Counted from the first letter of the stretch, positions 8,822-19,512 are shown. The stretch is DNA of 64,000 nt from an uncultured Sphingorhabdus sp. (GCA_964022345.1 CAXHZT010000003.1:45365-109364), one strand, 5' to 3'. Numbers and translations are program-made. The notes: generated by a model from the letters alone, not told the origin.

Positions 8822-9604
8822 TTAAGTTGACGGTGGCGTGCCGCAGCTTTTGCAATGCGGGTCCTTGGGCAGGTTGATGCTGCGCATCGCGGGCGCAAGA
8901 CCGTCGAAAAGCTGGAGTTTTCCGGCGGTATCCTGACCGAAACCGGTGACCACGCGGATCGCTTCCATCGCTGCAAAACTGCCCATCAGGCCGACCATCG
9001 CGCCGAGAACGCCAACTTCGCTGCAATTGTCGCAATCATCGGGGTCAAGCGCGTCGCCGACGAAACAGCGGTAGCAGGGCTTGTCCTCCTCCCAGCCGCG
9101 GAACGTGCCGAGCTGTCCCTGGAACTGCCCGATCGCCGCGGAAACCAGCGGGATACGGTGGGTGACCGACAGATCGGAGACGAGCAGGCGCGTCTGGTAA
9201 TTGTCCGACCCGTCGATAATCGCGTCAAAAGGCGCAAAAAACGCGGCGGCGTCATTCTTTGCGTAATTCTCGGTAAGTCTTTGATTTACCGGAAATATTT
9301 TAACGTCCGGGTTGATGCGTTCTGCGGCAACTTTGGCAACTTCGACTTTTTCTTTCCCGATATCATTTCCGGAAAACAAAACCTGCCGCTGCAAATTGGA
9401 AAGCGAGACAATATCGTCATCAAAAATCGTCAGCGCCCCGATTCCAGCCGCCGCAAGATATTGAATGGCCGGGCAGCCGATACCGCCCGCTCCCACAATC
9501 AGGATATGGGCATCCAATATCTTCTTCTGGCCCGCCCCGCCAATATCTTTCAATACTATATGGCGGGCATAACGGTCCAGTTGATCATCACTGAGTGGGC
9601 TCAT
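8822..9604 (-). CDS. moeB: HesA/MoeB/ThiF family adenylyltransferase
   Basis: RYARHIVLKDIGGAGQKKL..ILIVGAGGIGCP Rossmann motif and C-terminal CxxC pairs (CYRC, CKSC). Confidence 0.85.
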   Translation of the reverse strand: MSPLSDDQLDRYARHIVLKDIGGAGQKKILDAHILIVGAGGIGCPAIQYLAAAGIGALTIFDDDIVSLSNLQRQVLFSGNDIGKEKVEVAKVAAERINPDVKIFPVNQRLTENYAKNDAAAFFAPFDAIIDGSDNYQTRLLVSDLSVTHRIPLVSAAIGQFQGQLGTFRGWEEDKPCYRCFVGDALDPDDCDNCSEVGVLGAMVGLMGSFAAMEAIRVVTGFGQDTAGKLQLFDGLAPAMRSINLPKDPHCKSCGTPPST

Positions 9605-10008
9605 TCAGGCCAGCGGAAATTCATGGTTGTGCGATACCAGGTCGGCTTTTCGCCTGATGGAATCGGCGCGGCATCGGTCGCATATCTGGCCAAGTGGTTC
9701 ACCATATATTGTTCGAGTTCGAAACAGCCGCTGTTCACTGGAACGATCTGCATTATTTCGCCTTCTGCCGAGACCAGGATCGCTGCATGGATTTTCGCGA
9801 AAACCCAGTCGGATACGACAGGAAACTCGCAATCGGCGGACTTGGCGATCCGCTCTGCCTTGCGTTCATGCTGCTCACCATAGGTGATCTTCTTCCGGAA
9901 CTTGGCTGTTTCAAGCGCCGAGAAATCGCTCGGCAAGGACATCGCCTGTTCGGTTTTCGTCATGTCCGCTGCACCGGCGAGTGCGATCGCAAAAATAAGA
10001 TCGATCAT
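9601..10008 (-). CDS. Hypothetical secreted protein
   Basis: 135 aa. A strong SD AGGAGG lies 5 nt upstream of the ATG at 10008. It has a short signal-like N-terminus (IFAIALAGAA), and its stop overlaps the moeB start (ATGA coupling). I did not recognise a family. Confidence 0.6.
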   Translation of the reverse strand: MIDLIFAIALAGAADMTKTEQAMSLPSDFSALETAKFRKKITYGEQHERKAERIAKSADCEFPVVSDWVFAKIHAAILVSAEGEIMQIVPVNSGCFELEQYMVNHLARYATDAAPIPSGEKPTWYRTTMNFRWPE

Positions 10009-10037
10009 GAAATCCTCCTGATTATTGTTCCGTCATA

Positions 10038-10484
10038 CTATACGCCTGTCGAACCGAATCCGCCAGACCCTCGTGCGGTATCATCCAGATTGTCGACTTC
10101 CACCAGATTTCCCCGCTGGACCGGAGCTACCACGATCTGTGCAATCCGGTCTCCGCGCTGAACCACGAAGTCGTCTTCTCCGTGGTTGATCAGAATGGCT
10201 TTCAGCTCGCCACGGTAGTCGCTGTCGATCGTTCCCGGCGCGTTCAGTACAGTAACGCCTTTCTTCAGCGCCAGGCCAGAGCGTGGCCTGACTTGTATTT
10301 CAAAGCCCTCGGGAATGGCAAACGCGAGACCGGTCCCTATCAGGGCGCGCTGACCGGCGGGGATTGTCAGATCCTCTGCTGCACGAATGTCCATGCCGGC
10401 GGACCCGCCGGTTTCATAGGAAGGCAGGGGGAGGTCGCCCGCGCTATCCAGCCGTTTGACCGCAATATCGACGGGTTCGAACAT
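10038..10484 (-). CDS. dut: dUTP diphosphatase
   Basis: [26 protein letters not shown] and RIAQ motifs of trimeric dUTPase. Confidence 0.95.
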   Translation of the reverse strand: MFEPVDIAVKRLDSAGDLPLPSYETGGSAGMDIRAAEDLTIPAGQRALIGTGLAFAIPEGFEIQVRPRSGLALKKGVTVLNAPGTIDSDYRGELKAILINHGEDDFVVQRGDRIAQIVVAPVQRGNLVEVDNLDDTARGSGGFGSTGV

Positions 10485-11749
10485 CAGGCAATTTCCTCGC
10501 TGATTTTGGCTACCAGACGCCGGGCGACTTCCGGTTTGGGCAGCCGTTCCCAGATTTCGCTGCCGGATTTGGTGATGATATGAACGCTGTTGTTCGCGCC
10601 GCCCATCACGTCGCCGGACACATCATTGGCGACAATCCAGTCACAGGCTTTTTTCTTCAGCTTGGCCTGAGCATGTTCGGCAATATTTTCGGTTTCGGCG
10701 GCAAAGCCGATGAGCAGTTCCGGACGTTGCTCGTGCTGCGCCAGACCTGCCAATATGTCCGGATTTTCGGTCAGCTTGAGCGGCGCAGGCGCAGCGCCCT
10801 TTTTCTTGATCTTCTGCCCGGACTGGCTGTCGGCGCGCCAGTCGGCCACGGCAGCGACCATGATCGCGACATCGGCGGGCAGGGCGTCCTGGACGGCCTG
10901 TTCCATTTCAAGCGCGGTTTCGACATCGACTCTCATGACGCCCGCAGGTGTGGTGAGATGCACCGGACCCGCTACCAATGTTACCTGCGCTCCGGCTTCG
11001 GCGGCCGCGGCGGCAATGGCAAAGCCCTGACGCCCGGAAGAGCGGTTGGCGATATAGCGGACCGGATCTATCGGCTCATGGGTCGGGCCGGCGGTTATCA
11101 GCACATGCTTGCCGCGCAGTGGGCGGTGCCGGTCGGGGGCAAAGGCAGGCTGGCCGTCGAGCGGATTGTGACCCAGTTCGGAGGATTGCGTGCCGATTGC
11201 CGTCAGAGATGATGATCCCAGCATCGCGCTGATTTCCGCCATGATTGTTTCGGGCTCCGGCAATCGTCCGGGACCATATTCGCCGCAGGCCATGGCGCCT
11301 TCATCCGGTTGTATCACGGTGATCCCGTCGGACCGGAGCTGCTCGATGTTGCGCTGGGTCGCTGCATGTTGCCACATTCGCACATTCATTGCCGGGACTG
11401 CCATCACCGGTGTATCGGTCGCCAGCAACAAGGTCGTCGCCAGATCATCGGCGACTCCACCGGCCATTTTGGCGAGCAGATTGGCCGTGGCCGGACAGAC
11501 GACTACAAGATCGGCTTCACGGCTGAGCCGGATATGACCCATTTCCGCTTCGTCCTTCAGACTCCACAGGGTCGTGTGCACTTCATTTTCGGAGAGCGCT
11601 GCGAGCGTCATCGGCGTGACAAATTGCGCTCCCGATTCGGTCAACACGCAGCGGACCGTCATGCCGGATTTCCTGATCAGGCGGATCAGTTCTGCTGCTT
11701 TATAGGCGGCAATGCCGCCACCAATGATCAGGAGAATATGCTTCGTCAC
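10484..11749 (-). CDS. coaBC: Bifunctional phosphopantothenoylcysteine decarboxylase / phosphopantothenate-cysteine ligase
   Basis: 421 aa with an N-terminal flavoprotein domain ([13 protein letters not shown]) and a C-terminal CoaB domain (ITAGPT.EPIDPVR.I.N.SSG). Confidence 0.95.
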   Translation of the reverse strand: MTKHILLIIGGGIAAYKAAELIRLIRKSGMTVRCVLTESGAQFVTPMTLAALSENEVHTTLWSLKDEAEMGHIRLSREADLVVVCPATANLLAKMAGGVADDLATTLLLATDTPVMAVPAMNVRMWQHAATQRNIEQLRSDGITVIQPDEGAMACGEYGPGRLPEPETIMAEISAMLGSSSLTAIGTQSSELGHNPLDGQPAFAPDRHRPLRGKHVLITAGPTHEPIDPVRYIANRSSGRQGFAIAAAAAEAGAQVTLVAGPVHLTTPAGVMRVDVETALEMEQAVQDALPADVAIMVAAVADWRADSQSGQKIKKKGAAPAPLKLTENPDILAGLAQHEQRPELLIGFAAETENIAEHAQAKLKKKACDWIVANDVSGDVMGGANNSVHIITKSGSEIWERLPKPEVARRLVAKISEEIA

Positions 11750-11753
11750 AAAA

Positions 11754-13307
11754 TCACCCCCACATCCAAACGGCGCCAGCTCCGGCAGTGGCGGCTACCA
11801 CTACTGTCAGAGCATAGCGCCAGAATCCGCCGCCCTGGCTCTTATTTCGCTTTTCCCAGATCAGCTCGACATCGGCAACCGGCGGCGGCGGCGGTGCGCC
11901 GCCCTGGCGGGGGAGCTGGGCATCAAGCCGGCGGACGATATCGGGAAGCATCAATAATGTGTCGACGTCCGCATTGATCCGGTCGGCAATCGCGGCTTCG
12001 GGCCCCAGTTCGCCGCGGATCCACTGTTTCACATAGGGCCCGCTGGCATCCCACATGTTGATCGTCGGGTTCAGATCGGTGGCAATGCCCTCGACCATGA
12101 CCATCGTCTTTTGCAGCAGCAGCAGATGCGGCTGGGTTTCCATATCGAAATCGCGGGTGATGGCGAACAGTCCGTCGAGCATATCCCCGACCGACAGCTC
12201 GCTCACCGGTTTGCCGCGCATCGGCTCGCCGACCGCGCGCAGGGCCGTGGCGAAATCCTCCATGCTGTGATGGTCGGGAACATATTGCGCCTCGAAATGG
12301 ATTTCGGCGACGCGTTTGTAATTGCCGGTGGTCAGGCCATAGAGGATTTCTGCCAGCCAGAAGCGGGCTTTCCGGTTGATCCGCCCCATGATGCCGAAAT
12401 CGATGGCGACAATCGTGCCGTCCGCTTTCACAAACAGATTGCCCTGATGCATGTCGGCATGGAAATAGCCGGCCTCGATTGCCTGTTTCAGGAATGTGTG
12501 CACAAGCCGGCTGGCGATTGCGTCGAGATCATGACCCGCCGCTATCAGCCCTTCGCGGTCGGATATTTTCACTCCGTCGACCCAGTCGAGCGTCAGCACG
12601 CGACCCGATGTCCGGTCCCAGTCGATGGCCGGTATCTCATATTGGTCCACCTGCGCCATATGTTCGGCCAGTTCCGATGCGCTGGCGGCCTCGCGCCGCA
12701 GGTCGAGTTCACGCATTGTCCAGCGCCGGAAATTGGCAATCACCAGTTGCGGTCGTAGGCGCTTGGCTTCCCCGCCGAGTGCCTCGAGATGCGCCGCAGC
12801 CCATTCATAGGTTTCAATATCCTGGGAGAATTTCTTGATGATGCCGGGGCGCAGCACCTTGACCGCGACATCCTTGCCTTCCAGCGTCGTAGCGCGGTGC
12901 ACCTGCGCTATCGAGGCGGCGCCTACCGGATCGGGATCAATATGGCTGTACAGCTCGTCGAGGGGCTTGCCGAGGCTGAGTTCAATCTCGTCGCGGATCA
13001 GGTCGAAAGAGACCGGAGGCAGGCTGTCCTGCAATTGCAGCAGATCGCGCGCCGCCGCCTCGCCGATGACATCGGGCCGGGTCGCCAGCGTCTGGCCCAG
13101 TTTAATCGCTGCCGGACCAATGGCCTGCAGGGCGGCCGAATAATTGGGTTCGTTGGGCTGGAACGTGCCGATACGAGCGATGCGAAACAGGCGGCGGACC
13201 TGCGGCGGGGTTGCCTTGTGCCTCTCGAGGTCGCGCAGAGCGCCATGTTTGGCGAGCGTGCGGCCCCATTTGAGCAGGCGGAATATATGGGTGCGGGAAC
13301 TGGTCAT
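11754..13307 (-). CDS. ubiB: Ubiquinone biosynthesis regulatory kinase-like protein UbiB (ABC1 family)
   Basis: LGPAAIKLGQTLATRPD, AASIAQVH and HADMHQGNL ABC1/UbiB motifs, with a C-terminal TM segment. Confidence 0.95.
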   Translation of the reverse strand: MTSSRTHIFRLLKWGRTLAKHGALRDLERHKATPPQVRRLFRIARIGTFQPNEPNYSAALQAIGPAAIKLGQTLATRPDVIGEAAARDLLQLQDSLPPVSFDLIRDEIELSLGKPLDELYSHIDPDPVGAASIAQVHRATTLEGKDVAVKVLRPGIIKKFSQDIETYEWAAAHLEALGGEAKRLRPQLVIANFRRWTMRELDLRREAASASELAEHMAQVDQYEIPAIDWDRTSGRVLTLDWVDGVKISDREGLIAAGHDLDAIASRLVHTFLKQAIEAGYFHADMHQGNLFVKADGTIVAIDFGIMGRINRKARFWLAEILYGLTTGNYKRVAEIHFEAQYVPDHHSMEDFATALRAVGEPMRGKPVSELSVGDMLDGLFAITRDFDMETQPHLLLLQKTMVMVEGIATDLNPTINMWDASGPYVKQWIRGELGPEAAIADRINADVDTLLMLPDIVRRLDAQLPRQGGAPPPPPVADVELIWEKRNKSQGGGFWRYALTVVVAATAGAGAVWMWG

Positions 13308-13320
13308 CGCTTATCCGGGT

Positions 13321-14061
13321 TCAGACCTTCCAGCCGCTATGGATAGCGACCAGTCCGCCCATCATCGGTTCCACCTTGGTCTGGCTAAACCCGGCGGCCT
13401 GAATCATCGCGCGAAACTCTTCCATCGGCGGGAATTTCGCGATCGATTCGGCGAGATAGCGATAGCTGGCCTCGTCATTCGCCAGGACCTTGCCGACTTT
13501 GGGCAGGATATGGTGGGAATAGGTTTCATAGACCTTGTCAAAACCGGGCCATCTGGTTTGGGAAAATTCCATGCAATAGAAACGTCCGCCATATTTCAGC
13601 ACACGGTGGGCTTCGGCCAGGGCCTTGTCGATATGGGTAACGTTCCGGATGCCGAAGACGATCGTATAGGCATCGAAATGGGCGTCGGGGAAGTTTAGCT
13701 CCTCGGCATTCTGCTGGCTCCAGACCAACCGCGTCTCATCCTTCTCGAGCGCCCGTTCGATCCCTTCGGCCAGCATTTCCGCGTTGATGTCGGCAACCGT
13801 GATGTCGGCACCGCTGTCGACCATGCGAAAGGCGATATCGCCGGTGCCGCCGGCCATGTCGAGAATCGTTTCGCCGGCCCGCGGCTTGACGCGGCGAACG
13901 AAGCGGTCTTTCCACAGGCGATGGGTTCCCGCGCTCATCGCGTCGTTCATCACATCATAGCGGGACGCGACACTGGAAAATACCGCGCCAACCTTGCCGG
14001 TCTTTTCGCTCTCGTCGACCTCTTCATAGCCGAAGGAGACGGTTTTGCTTTCGATGGCCAT
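13321..14061 (-). CDS. ubiE: Ubiquinone/menaquinone biosynthesis C-methyltransferase
   Basis: YDVMNDAMS.G.HRLWK and LDMAGGTGDIAF SAM motifs. Adjacent to ubiB. Confidence 0.95.
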   Translation of the reverse strand: MAIESKTVSFGYEEVDESEKTGKVGAVFSSVASRYDVMNDAMSAGTHRLWKDRFVRRVKPRAGETILDMAGGTGDIAFRMVDSGADITVADINAEMLAEGIERALEKDETRLVWSQQNAEELNFPDAHFDAYTIVFGIRNVTHIDKALAEAHRVLKYGGRFYCMEFSQTRWPGFDKVYETYSHHILPKVGKVLANDEASYRYLAESIAKFPPMEEFRAMIQAAGFSQTKVEPMMGGLVAIHSGWKV

Positions 14062-14166
14062 TTTTTGTCCGTGCTGATTTTTCTTTGAAATCCCGAGTAG
14101 ACGAGCCTTGGCAGCACTGCAATCACTCTATAGCTGCCCTTTGGACCGTAACGGATAAGGACTGCC

Positions 14167-14979
14167 ATGCCAGAACTGCCCGAAGTAGAAACAACCGTGG
14201 CCGGATTGCGCCCGGTGCTCGAGGGGCAGCGCCTCACTCTGGTGGAACCGCGCCGCGCCGATCTGCGCTGGCCGATTCCGGTCGATTTGCGGCAGAGAAT
14301 GACCGGCGCGATGGTCACTTCGCTCGGCAGGCGGGCAAAATATGGTTTGATCGAAACCGACCGGGGCGACGTGATGATCTTTCACCTCGGCATGTCGGGA
14401 CGCTGGCGGATTGATCCGGAAGAGATCGAGAAACACGATCATCTGTTGCTGGAAACGGAATCCGGCCACCGGCTGACGCTCAACGATCCGCGCCGATTCG
14501 GTTCGCTGGATATCGTTCACACCGGTGATCTGGACAGTTACAAGCCTTTCGTGGCGATGGGGCCGGAACCATTGAGTGAAGATTTTACCGGCGCTTATCT
14601 CAAAGCCGCGACCAGAGACCGCAAGGCCCCGATCAAACAGCTGCTGCTGGACCAGCGCACGGTCGCGGGACTCGGCAATATCTACGTCTGCGAGGCGCTG
14701 CATATGGCGGGCATATCCCCGGGCCGAAAGGGTGCCGCGATATCAAAGCCGCGCTACGAGCGGCTCGTTGCCGCGATAAAACAGGTTTTGATCGCGGCCA
14801 TCGCGGCTGGCGGATCTTCCCTGCGCGATTTCGTGCAACCGGACGGGGAACTGGGCTATTTCGCCAAGGACTGGAGGGTCTATGGCAGGGAAGGGGAGGC
14901 CTGCGAATGCGGTGCGACGGTGCTGCGGCGAGTCGACAGCGGTCGATCGACCTTTTACTGCTCGCAATGTCAGAAATAA
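14167..14979 (+). CDS. mutM: Formamidopyrimidine-DNA glycosylase
   Basis: MPELPEVET catalytic N-terminus and a C-terminal zinc finger C.C....C..CQ. Confidence 0.95.
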   Translation: MPELPEVETTVAGLRPVLEGQRLTLVEPRRADLRWPIPVDLRQRMTGAMVTSLGRRAKYGLIETDRGDVMIFHLGMSGRWRIDPEEIEKHDHLLLETESGHRLTLNDPRRFGSLDIVHTGDLDSYKPFVAMGPEPLSEDFTGAYLKAATRDRKAPIKQLLLDQRTVAGLGNIYVCEALHMAGISPGRKGAAISKPRYERLVAAIKQVLIAAIAAGGSSLRDFVQPDGELGYFAKDWRVYGREGEACECGATVLRRVDSGRSTFYCSQCQK

Positions 14980-15091
14980 GCGGCTCACTAAGCTATTGAC
15001 GAGAATCGGCTGTCACGCTATTGGCCGCGCTCTTGAGCCGGAAGCTATTCGAAAAGTACCGGCATTTAATTTCAGATTTTGAGGGTTTTTC

Positions 15092-15352
15092 ATGGCTAAT
15101 ACGCCGCAAGCAAAAAAACGTATCCGTCGCAACACGCGCCGCACCGCGATCAACAAGAATCGCCTGAGCCAGATCCGTACCAAGATCAAGGCCGTGGACG
15201 CTGCGGTTGAAGCGGGTGACAAGGCAATTGCTGCCGAAGCGCTCAAAGCCGTGCAGCCAGAACTGGCTCGTGGTGTTTCGAAGGGTCTGTATCACAAGAA
15301 TACCGCATCGCGGAAATTCAGCCGCCTGACAAAACGGGTCGCGGCGCTCTAA
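15092..15352 (+). CDS. rpsT: 30S ribosomal protein S20
   Basis: [18 protein letters not shown]-terminus; 86 aa and basic. Confidence 0.95.
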   Translation: MANTPQAKKRIRRNTRRTAINKNRLSQIRTKIKAVDAAVEAGDKAIAAEALKAVQPELARGVSKGLYHKNTASRKFSRLTKRVAAL

Positions 15353-15378
15353 ACAGCCCGAACAGTTTACACAGAATA

Positions 15379-15407
15379 ACCCGCCCGATTGTGGCGGGTT
15401 TTCTTTT
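15379..15407 (+). terminator. Rho-independent terminator of rpsT
   Basis: A 7-bp GC stem, acccgcc/ggcgggt (15379-15385 and 15393-15399), with a 7-nt loop, followed by ttttctttt. Confidence 0.65.
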
Positions 15408-15549
15408 GGGCGATTGCTTTTCTCTTGTGCGGATGGTGCAAAGAAGCGCAAGACTGGGCACTTGGCGTCATTCTGTCGTCGTTCAAAGCCGGTTCAGCCC
15501 GGATCTCTATGATGGAGATCGTGATGGTGGGTAATCTGAAGGAAGAAAC

Positions 15550-16206
15550 ATGACTATTTTCGCCAAGCAAATTTTCAACAGGAAGGGGCTGTCGCTGCTG
15601 GCACCGCTTGCCCTTCTGTCTCTTGGTGCTTGTGCAACACCATTTCGTGCAGACGTCCAGCGTTTCGTGGCGCTACCGGACACCACCGGCCAGAGCTTTG
15701 CTGTCGTCGCGGCCGACCCGGATCTCTCCGGCGGGCTTGAATTCGGCCAATATGCCGCGCTGGTCGAGCAAAAGATGCTCGACCTTGGCTACCGTCCTAG
15801 CGAAGACCCCGCTGCGGCAGAGCTGATCGTCAGCATGGACTATGATATCGACAAGGGTCGGGAAAAGGTGGTCGCCGAATATGATCCCTTTTATCCTTCA
15901 AGCCGATACGGCGGATATTACGGACGGCACCGCTATCTCTACGGGTACAACGATCCCTTCCTTTACGGAGGCTATGGTTTTTCGGGCTATGACGGTGTCC
16001 GCAGCTTCACCGTCTATACAACGGAACTCGACATGAAGATTGACCGTGCTGCCGATGGCGAACGGCTATTCGAGGGCAAGGCCGAAGCGCTGTCGCGTTC
16101 GAAGAACCTGACCTATCTCGTGCCCAATCTGGTCGAAGCCATGTTCACCGACTTTCCGGGAAACAGCGGAGAGCGGGTGCGTATCTCGGTAGCGCCCGAG
16201 AAATAG
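15550..16206 (+). CDS. Lipoprotein, DUF4136-like
   Basis: Lipobox LLSLGAC. The central Y/G-rich segment and overall layout resemble DUF4136 lipoproteins. Family recalled from memory, not searched. Confidence 0.7.
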   Translation: MTIFAKQIFNRKGLSLLAPLALLSLGACATPFRADVQRFVALPDTTGQSFAVVAADPDLSGGLEFGQYAALVEQKMLDLGYRPSEDPAAAELIVSMDYDIDKGREKVVAEYDPFYPSSRYGGYYGRHRYLYGYNDPFLYGGYGFSGYDGVRSFTVYTTELDMKIDRAADGERLFEGKAEALSRSKNLTYLVPNLVEAMFTDFPGNSGERVRISVAPEK

Positions 16207-16230
16207 CGGACCCGGCTGCCGTTTGGCTCT

Positions 16231-17676
16231 TCAGCTTTCCAGCTGACGGAGCAGCATCCGGACATCATTGTCCATTTCGCTGTCTTCGCCGCGCAATTGC
16301 TCGACCAGTTTCACGGCGTGGATGACCGTACTGTGGTCGCGACCGCCGAATTTGCGACCGATTTCAGGGTAGCTGCGCGGCGTCATCACCTTTGCCAGAT
16401 ACATGGCCACCTGGCGCGGGCGTGCAACCGCGCGGGCGCGGCGCTTCGATGACATTTCGTTGCGGTCGAGCCGGTAATATTCGCAAACCGTGCGCTGGAT
16501 CTCGTCAATCGTGATCCTGCGGCGACAGGCGCTCAATATGTCGGACAATTGCTCTTCGGCAAGCTCGCGGCTGATTTCGCGGCCAGTGAGCTGCGCATAG
16601 GCGAGCAGCTTGTTGAGCCCGCCTTCCAGTTCGCGCAGGTTGCGGCTGATCGTACGGGCAAGGAATTCTACCACTTCTTCGGATACTTGCTGGTGCGGCA
16701 TGGTGGCAAGACGATGCTTGAGAATGTCGCGACGCAGTTCGAGACCCGCCGACTGGATGTCGGCAACAAGCCCCATCGACAGACGGGACAGGAGCCGCTG
16801 ATCGACGCCGTCAAGCGCCTGCGGCGGACGGTCTGCAGCGACTACAACGCGTTTTCCCTGGCTGATCAGTGTATCGACCGTGTGCAGAAATTCTTCCTGC
16901 GTCGAATTTTTGCCAACAATGAACTGGATATCATCGATCATCAGCAGATCGGCTTCGCGCAGCGAGGCCTTGAATTCCATGCCCTCGTTGCGGCGCATCG
17001 CGGACACGAATTCGATCATGAACCGTTCGGCAGACATATAGATGATCGTCGAAGACGGGAATTCTTCGCGGAAGGCGTGGCCGATGGCGTGCATCAGATG
17101 GGTTTTGCCCTGACCGGTTGAAGACTGGAGATAGAGCGGGCTGAACAGCGGCTTCTCTGCAGCAGCCGTGCGCTGCGCGGCATTCAGCGCAAGAACGTTC
17201 GATGGCCCGGCAATGAATTGGTCGAAGGTCATCCTCGGATCGAGATCGAGACGGAATTTGCTTTCCGGAACGAAATTGCGCGCGTTCTGAGTAAGAGAAC
17301 CGTTGGCAGCATTGTTCGACGAGGCCTGGGCAATTTTTGCGGCGCCGGACTGTACTTCAAATACCAGAGCCGTGATTTCAGGGTGATGGGCTTTCCATGC
17401 CAGGAGCAGACGCTCGGCATAGCGATCACGCACCCAGTTGGCGGCAAATTCGGAAGGGAGGACGAGCAGCAATATGCCTGTGTCCGAATCGAAAGCGGAT
17501 AGTTTGACGGGTTTGATCCACTGGCCGAAAATCTGGGCTCCCAGATCGCGCCGCAGGCCCAAACAGATTTTTTGCCAAATGGTTTCCAGGTCTGTTGAAA
17601 TTATATTCCCGGTTATAGCTGTTTCATTCTCTAGCAGTTCGCCAACCCGATTAGTCATGTTTTCGCTCACGAACAT
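16231..17676 (-). CDS. dnaA: Chromosomal replication initiator protein DnaA
   Basis: Walker A GQGKTHLMHAIG, the box VII/sensor region and the C-terminal DNA-binding helix GGRDHSTVIHA. An alternative start exists at 17658 (MTNRV). Confidence 0.97.
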   Translation of the reverse strand: MFVSENMTNRVGELLENETAITGNIISTDLETIWQKICLGLRRDLGAQIFGQWIKPVKLSAFDSDTGILLLVLPSEFAANWVRDRYAERLLLAWKAHHPEITALVFEVQSGAAKIAQASSNNAANGSLTQNARNFVPESKFRLDLDPRMTFDQFIAGPSNVLALNAAQRTAAAEKPLFSPLYLQSSTGQGKTHLMHAIGHAFREEFPSSTIIYMSAERFMIEFVSAMRRNEGMEFKASLREADLLMIDDIQFIVGKNSTQEEFLHTVDTLISQGKRVVVAADRPPQALDGVDQRLLSRLSMGLVADIQSAGLELRRDILKHRLATMPHQQVSEEVVEFLARTISRNLRELEGGLNKLLAYAQLTGREISRELAEEQLSDILSACRRRITIDEIQRTVCEYYRLDRNEMSSKRRARAVARPRQVAMYLAKVMTPRSYPEIGRKFGGRDHSTVIHAVKLVEQLRGEDSEMDNDVRMLLRQLES

Positions 17677-18006
17677 CCCCCGACATTATCCCCGATGGCC
17701 CGCACGATAGCAGCGCCAAATATTTGACTGTGGACTTCAGATACCTGGTCGTGATTTCCCCGGAACGGGAAGCGATCAGACGCAAGAACAGGTGCCGAAA
17801 AACACGTTTTCGACGACAGTTTTATCATTCATGTGAGGCCTGGAAATCGCATCCGGAGCCACCAGCCAAGATTTGTTAGTAAGCCCGTCCGACCGAGTCG
17901 GACAAGAGCGGTACCGTAAAAAAAGTGAAATATTTCGGTTGACAGCGGCAAGCCCTAGATTTTTCTATGCATCTTTTTAAAGCACTGATTTATAACAATT
18001 ATATCC

Positions 18007-18015
18007 TGTGGATAA
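18007..18015. promoter_or_regulatory. Consensus DnaA box (TGTGGATAA = TTATCCACA) in the dnaA upstream region
   Basis: Perfect 9/9 match. It sits at the edge of an AT-rich stretch (17921-18010), about 330 nt upstream of dnaA. A weaker ttatcccc lies at 17686-17693. Confidence 0.6.
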
Positions 18016-18209
18016 CAAGGTATAAACCGCGAATCGCGGAGTCAGCGTAGGTTCTCTCAAACTGTAAAATCTTTCCCTCCGATTGGTCCGGGAAACTTGT
18101 CACGGGCAATCTTGTCTGTCCGCCGTTGCAAATAGGCTTGCCAAAGGCACCATGATTTGGCAATGGCGCTCGCCTGACCTCAGCGATGCGCCAAAGCATC
18201 TTGTCATGG

Positions 18210-18285
<76 letters not shown>

Positions 18286-18317
18286 TTATCCCGATCAGCA
18301 ATATGATCCGGATTTTT

Positions 18318-18992
18318 TCAGCCAAAAGTAGAAATGCCCCACACACAGATCAGGGCTATCATCAGTGCCACGATCATGGGAAGCGGACGTATCCGGGCCT
18401 CGGATAATTCAGTGTCGGAAAAATCGGCACGGGTTCTGCGGCCTGTGATCATAGGTCCGACGAGTTTCTCTCCGAGGAGGAAATGATAGGTAGCAATGGC
18501 CATGATATGGAGACCGATCAGACCCGCCAGGATGTTGAAGTTAAACTCGTGAATCTCGGCGAGCTGCCGTCCTGTATCGAAGGAGACCCAAATCGCGAGT
18601 GGTCCCGATTCGAGTCCATCGACGTCGACCGAGAACAGGCCGGTCGTAACCTGGGTGGCCAGCGCCAGTAGCAAGGCAAATACGCTGAGCACGGCGAGGG
18701 GACTGTGGCCGAAGCTCGGAGGCCGATCATCATTTCGCAATGTACCGATATAGGGTTTCAGGGACCGGAGGCGGCGCACCATGGGTAGAAAGCGTGCGGT
18801 CCAGCTTCCGATAAAGCCCCATATTAGCCGGAACAGCACCAGGCCGAACATCATCAGCCCAAGGCGCTTGTGCCAATCCATATGACCCTCTTCAGCCGTC
18901 CACCAGAGAAGCGGGACGAGAATTACCATCGACCAGTGGACCAGGCGGATTGCTCCGTCCCAGACCAAGATGCGCGCCGGACCGTCTTTCAC
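18318..18992 (-). CDS. Cytochrome b561 family (Ni-hydrogenase b-type cytochrome-like) membrane protein
   Basis: Four TM helices with conserved His (LVHW, HKRLG, HEFN, LHIMAI). The start is set at the GTG at 18992, 4 nt after the cytochrome c-prime stop. The longer track ORF would overlap that gene. Confidence 0.8.
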   Translation of the reverse strand: MKDGPARILVWDGAIRLVHWSMVILVPLLWWTAEEGHMDWHKRLGLMMFGLVLFRLIWGFIGSWTARFLPMVRRLRSLKPYIGTLRNDDRPPSFGHSPLAVLSVFALLLALATQVTTGLFSVDVDGLESGPLAIWVSFDTGRQLAEIHEFNFNILAGLIGLHIMAIATYHFLLGEKLVGPMITGRRTRADFSDTELSEARIRPLPMIVALMIALICVWGISTFG

Positions 18993-18996
18993 GACC

Positions 18997-19512
18997 CTAA
19001 TCGTCGAGGCGATATTTGTCGTGGCAGCTCTTGCACGTGCCGCCGGTGGTTTTGAAGGCGGTAGCGATCGCTGCGACATCACCCTCTTGGGCCACCGTCT
19101 CGAGCTGTGCCGCTGCATCCTGCATGGCCGTAACCTTCTCGTTAAAATCCGCCGGCTCTTCCCAGATGATAGGTAGCGCTTCGGTTTTTACTCCCGATTC
19201 GGGGCCGGTTCCTTCAGGAAACCAGTCTGCCATGCCGGCCGCCTCCTTTGGTACGACGGCAGCGGCCATCTGGATTTCCGCCAGATCGGGACTATCCGCC
19301 TTCAACTGATCGCTGATTGTCTTAAACGCCTTGCCAATTTTCTTGAGTTGCCCCTGGCGAGCTTCGATCTGCTGCTTGACGGTCATTCCATTGGCGAGTT
19401 CCAGATCCGCCGCACCGGCTACCCCTTCCGTTTCGTCGGCGCTGCCGCAGGCCGAAAGCAGGGCGAGTCCAGCGAGAACCGGTACCATGAGGTGCATTTT
19501 TCCGTTTTTCAT
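18997..19512 (-). CDS. Cytochrome c-prime (class II cytochrome c) lipoprotein
   Basis: A single C-terminal heme motif CKSCH followed by DKYR, and a four-helix-bundle-like length. Lipobox LLSAC. The ATG at 19512 has SD GGAGA at 5-nt spacing. Confidence 0.85.
   Translation of the reverse strand: MKNGKMHLMVPVLAGLALLSACGSADETEGVAGAADLELANGMTVKQQIEARQGQLKKIGKAFKTISDQLKADSPDLAEIQMAAAVVPKEAAGMADWFPEGTGPESGVKTEALPIIWEEPADFNEKVTAMQDAAAQLETVAQEGDVAAIATAFKTTGGTCKSCHDKYRLDD

Noticed and set aside
17677-18209. Calling the dnaA upstream region the chromosomal origin (oriC).
   Set aside because: Only one perfect DnaA box and one weak box were found. Alphaproteobacterial origins are usually located near hemE/parAB rather than dnaA. 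The question cannot be decided without whole-chromosome skew data.
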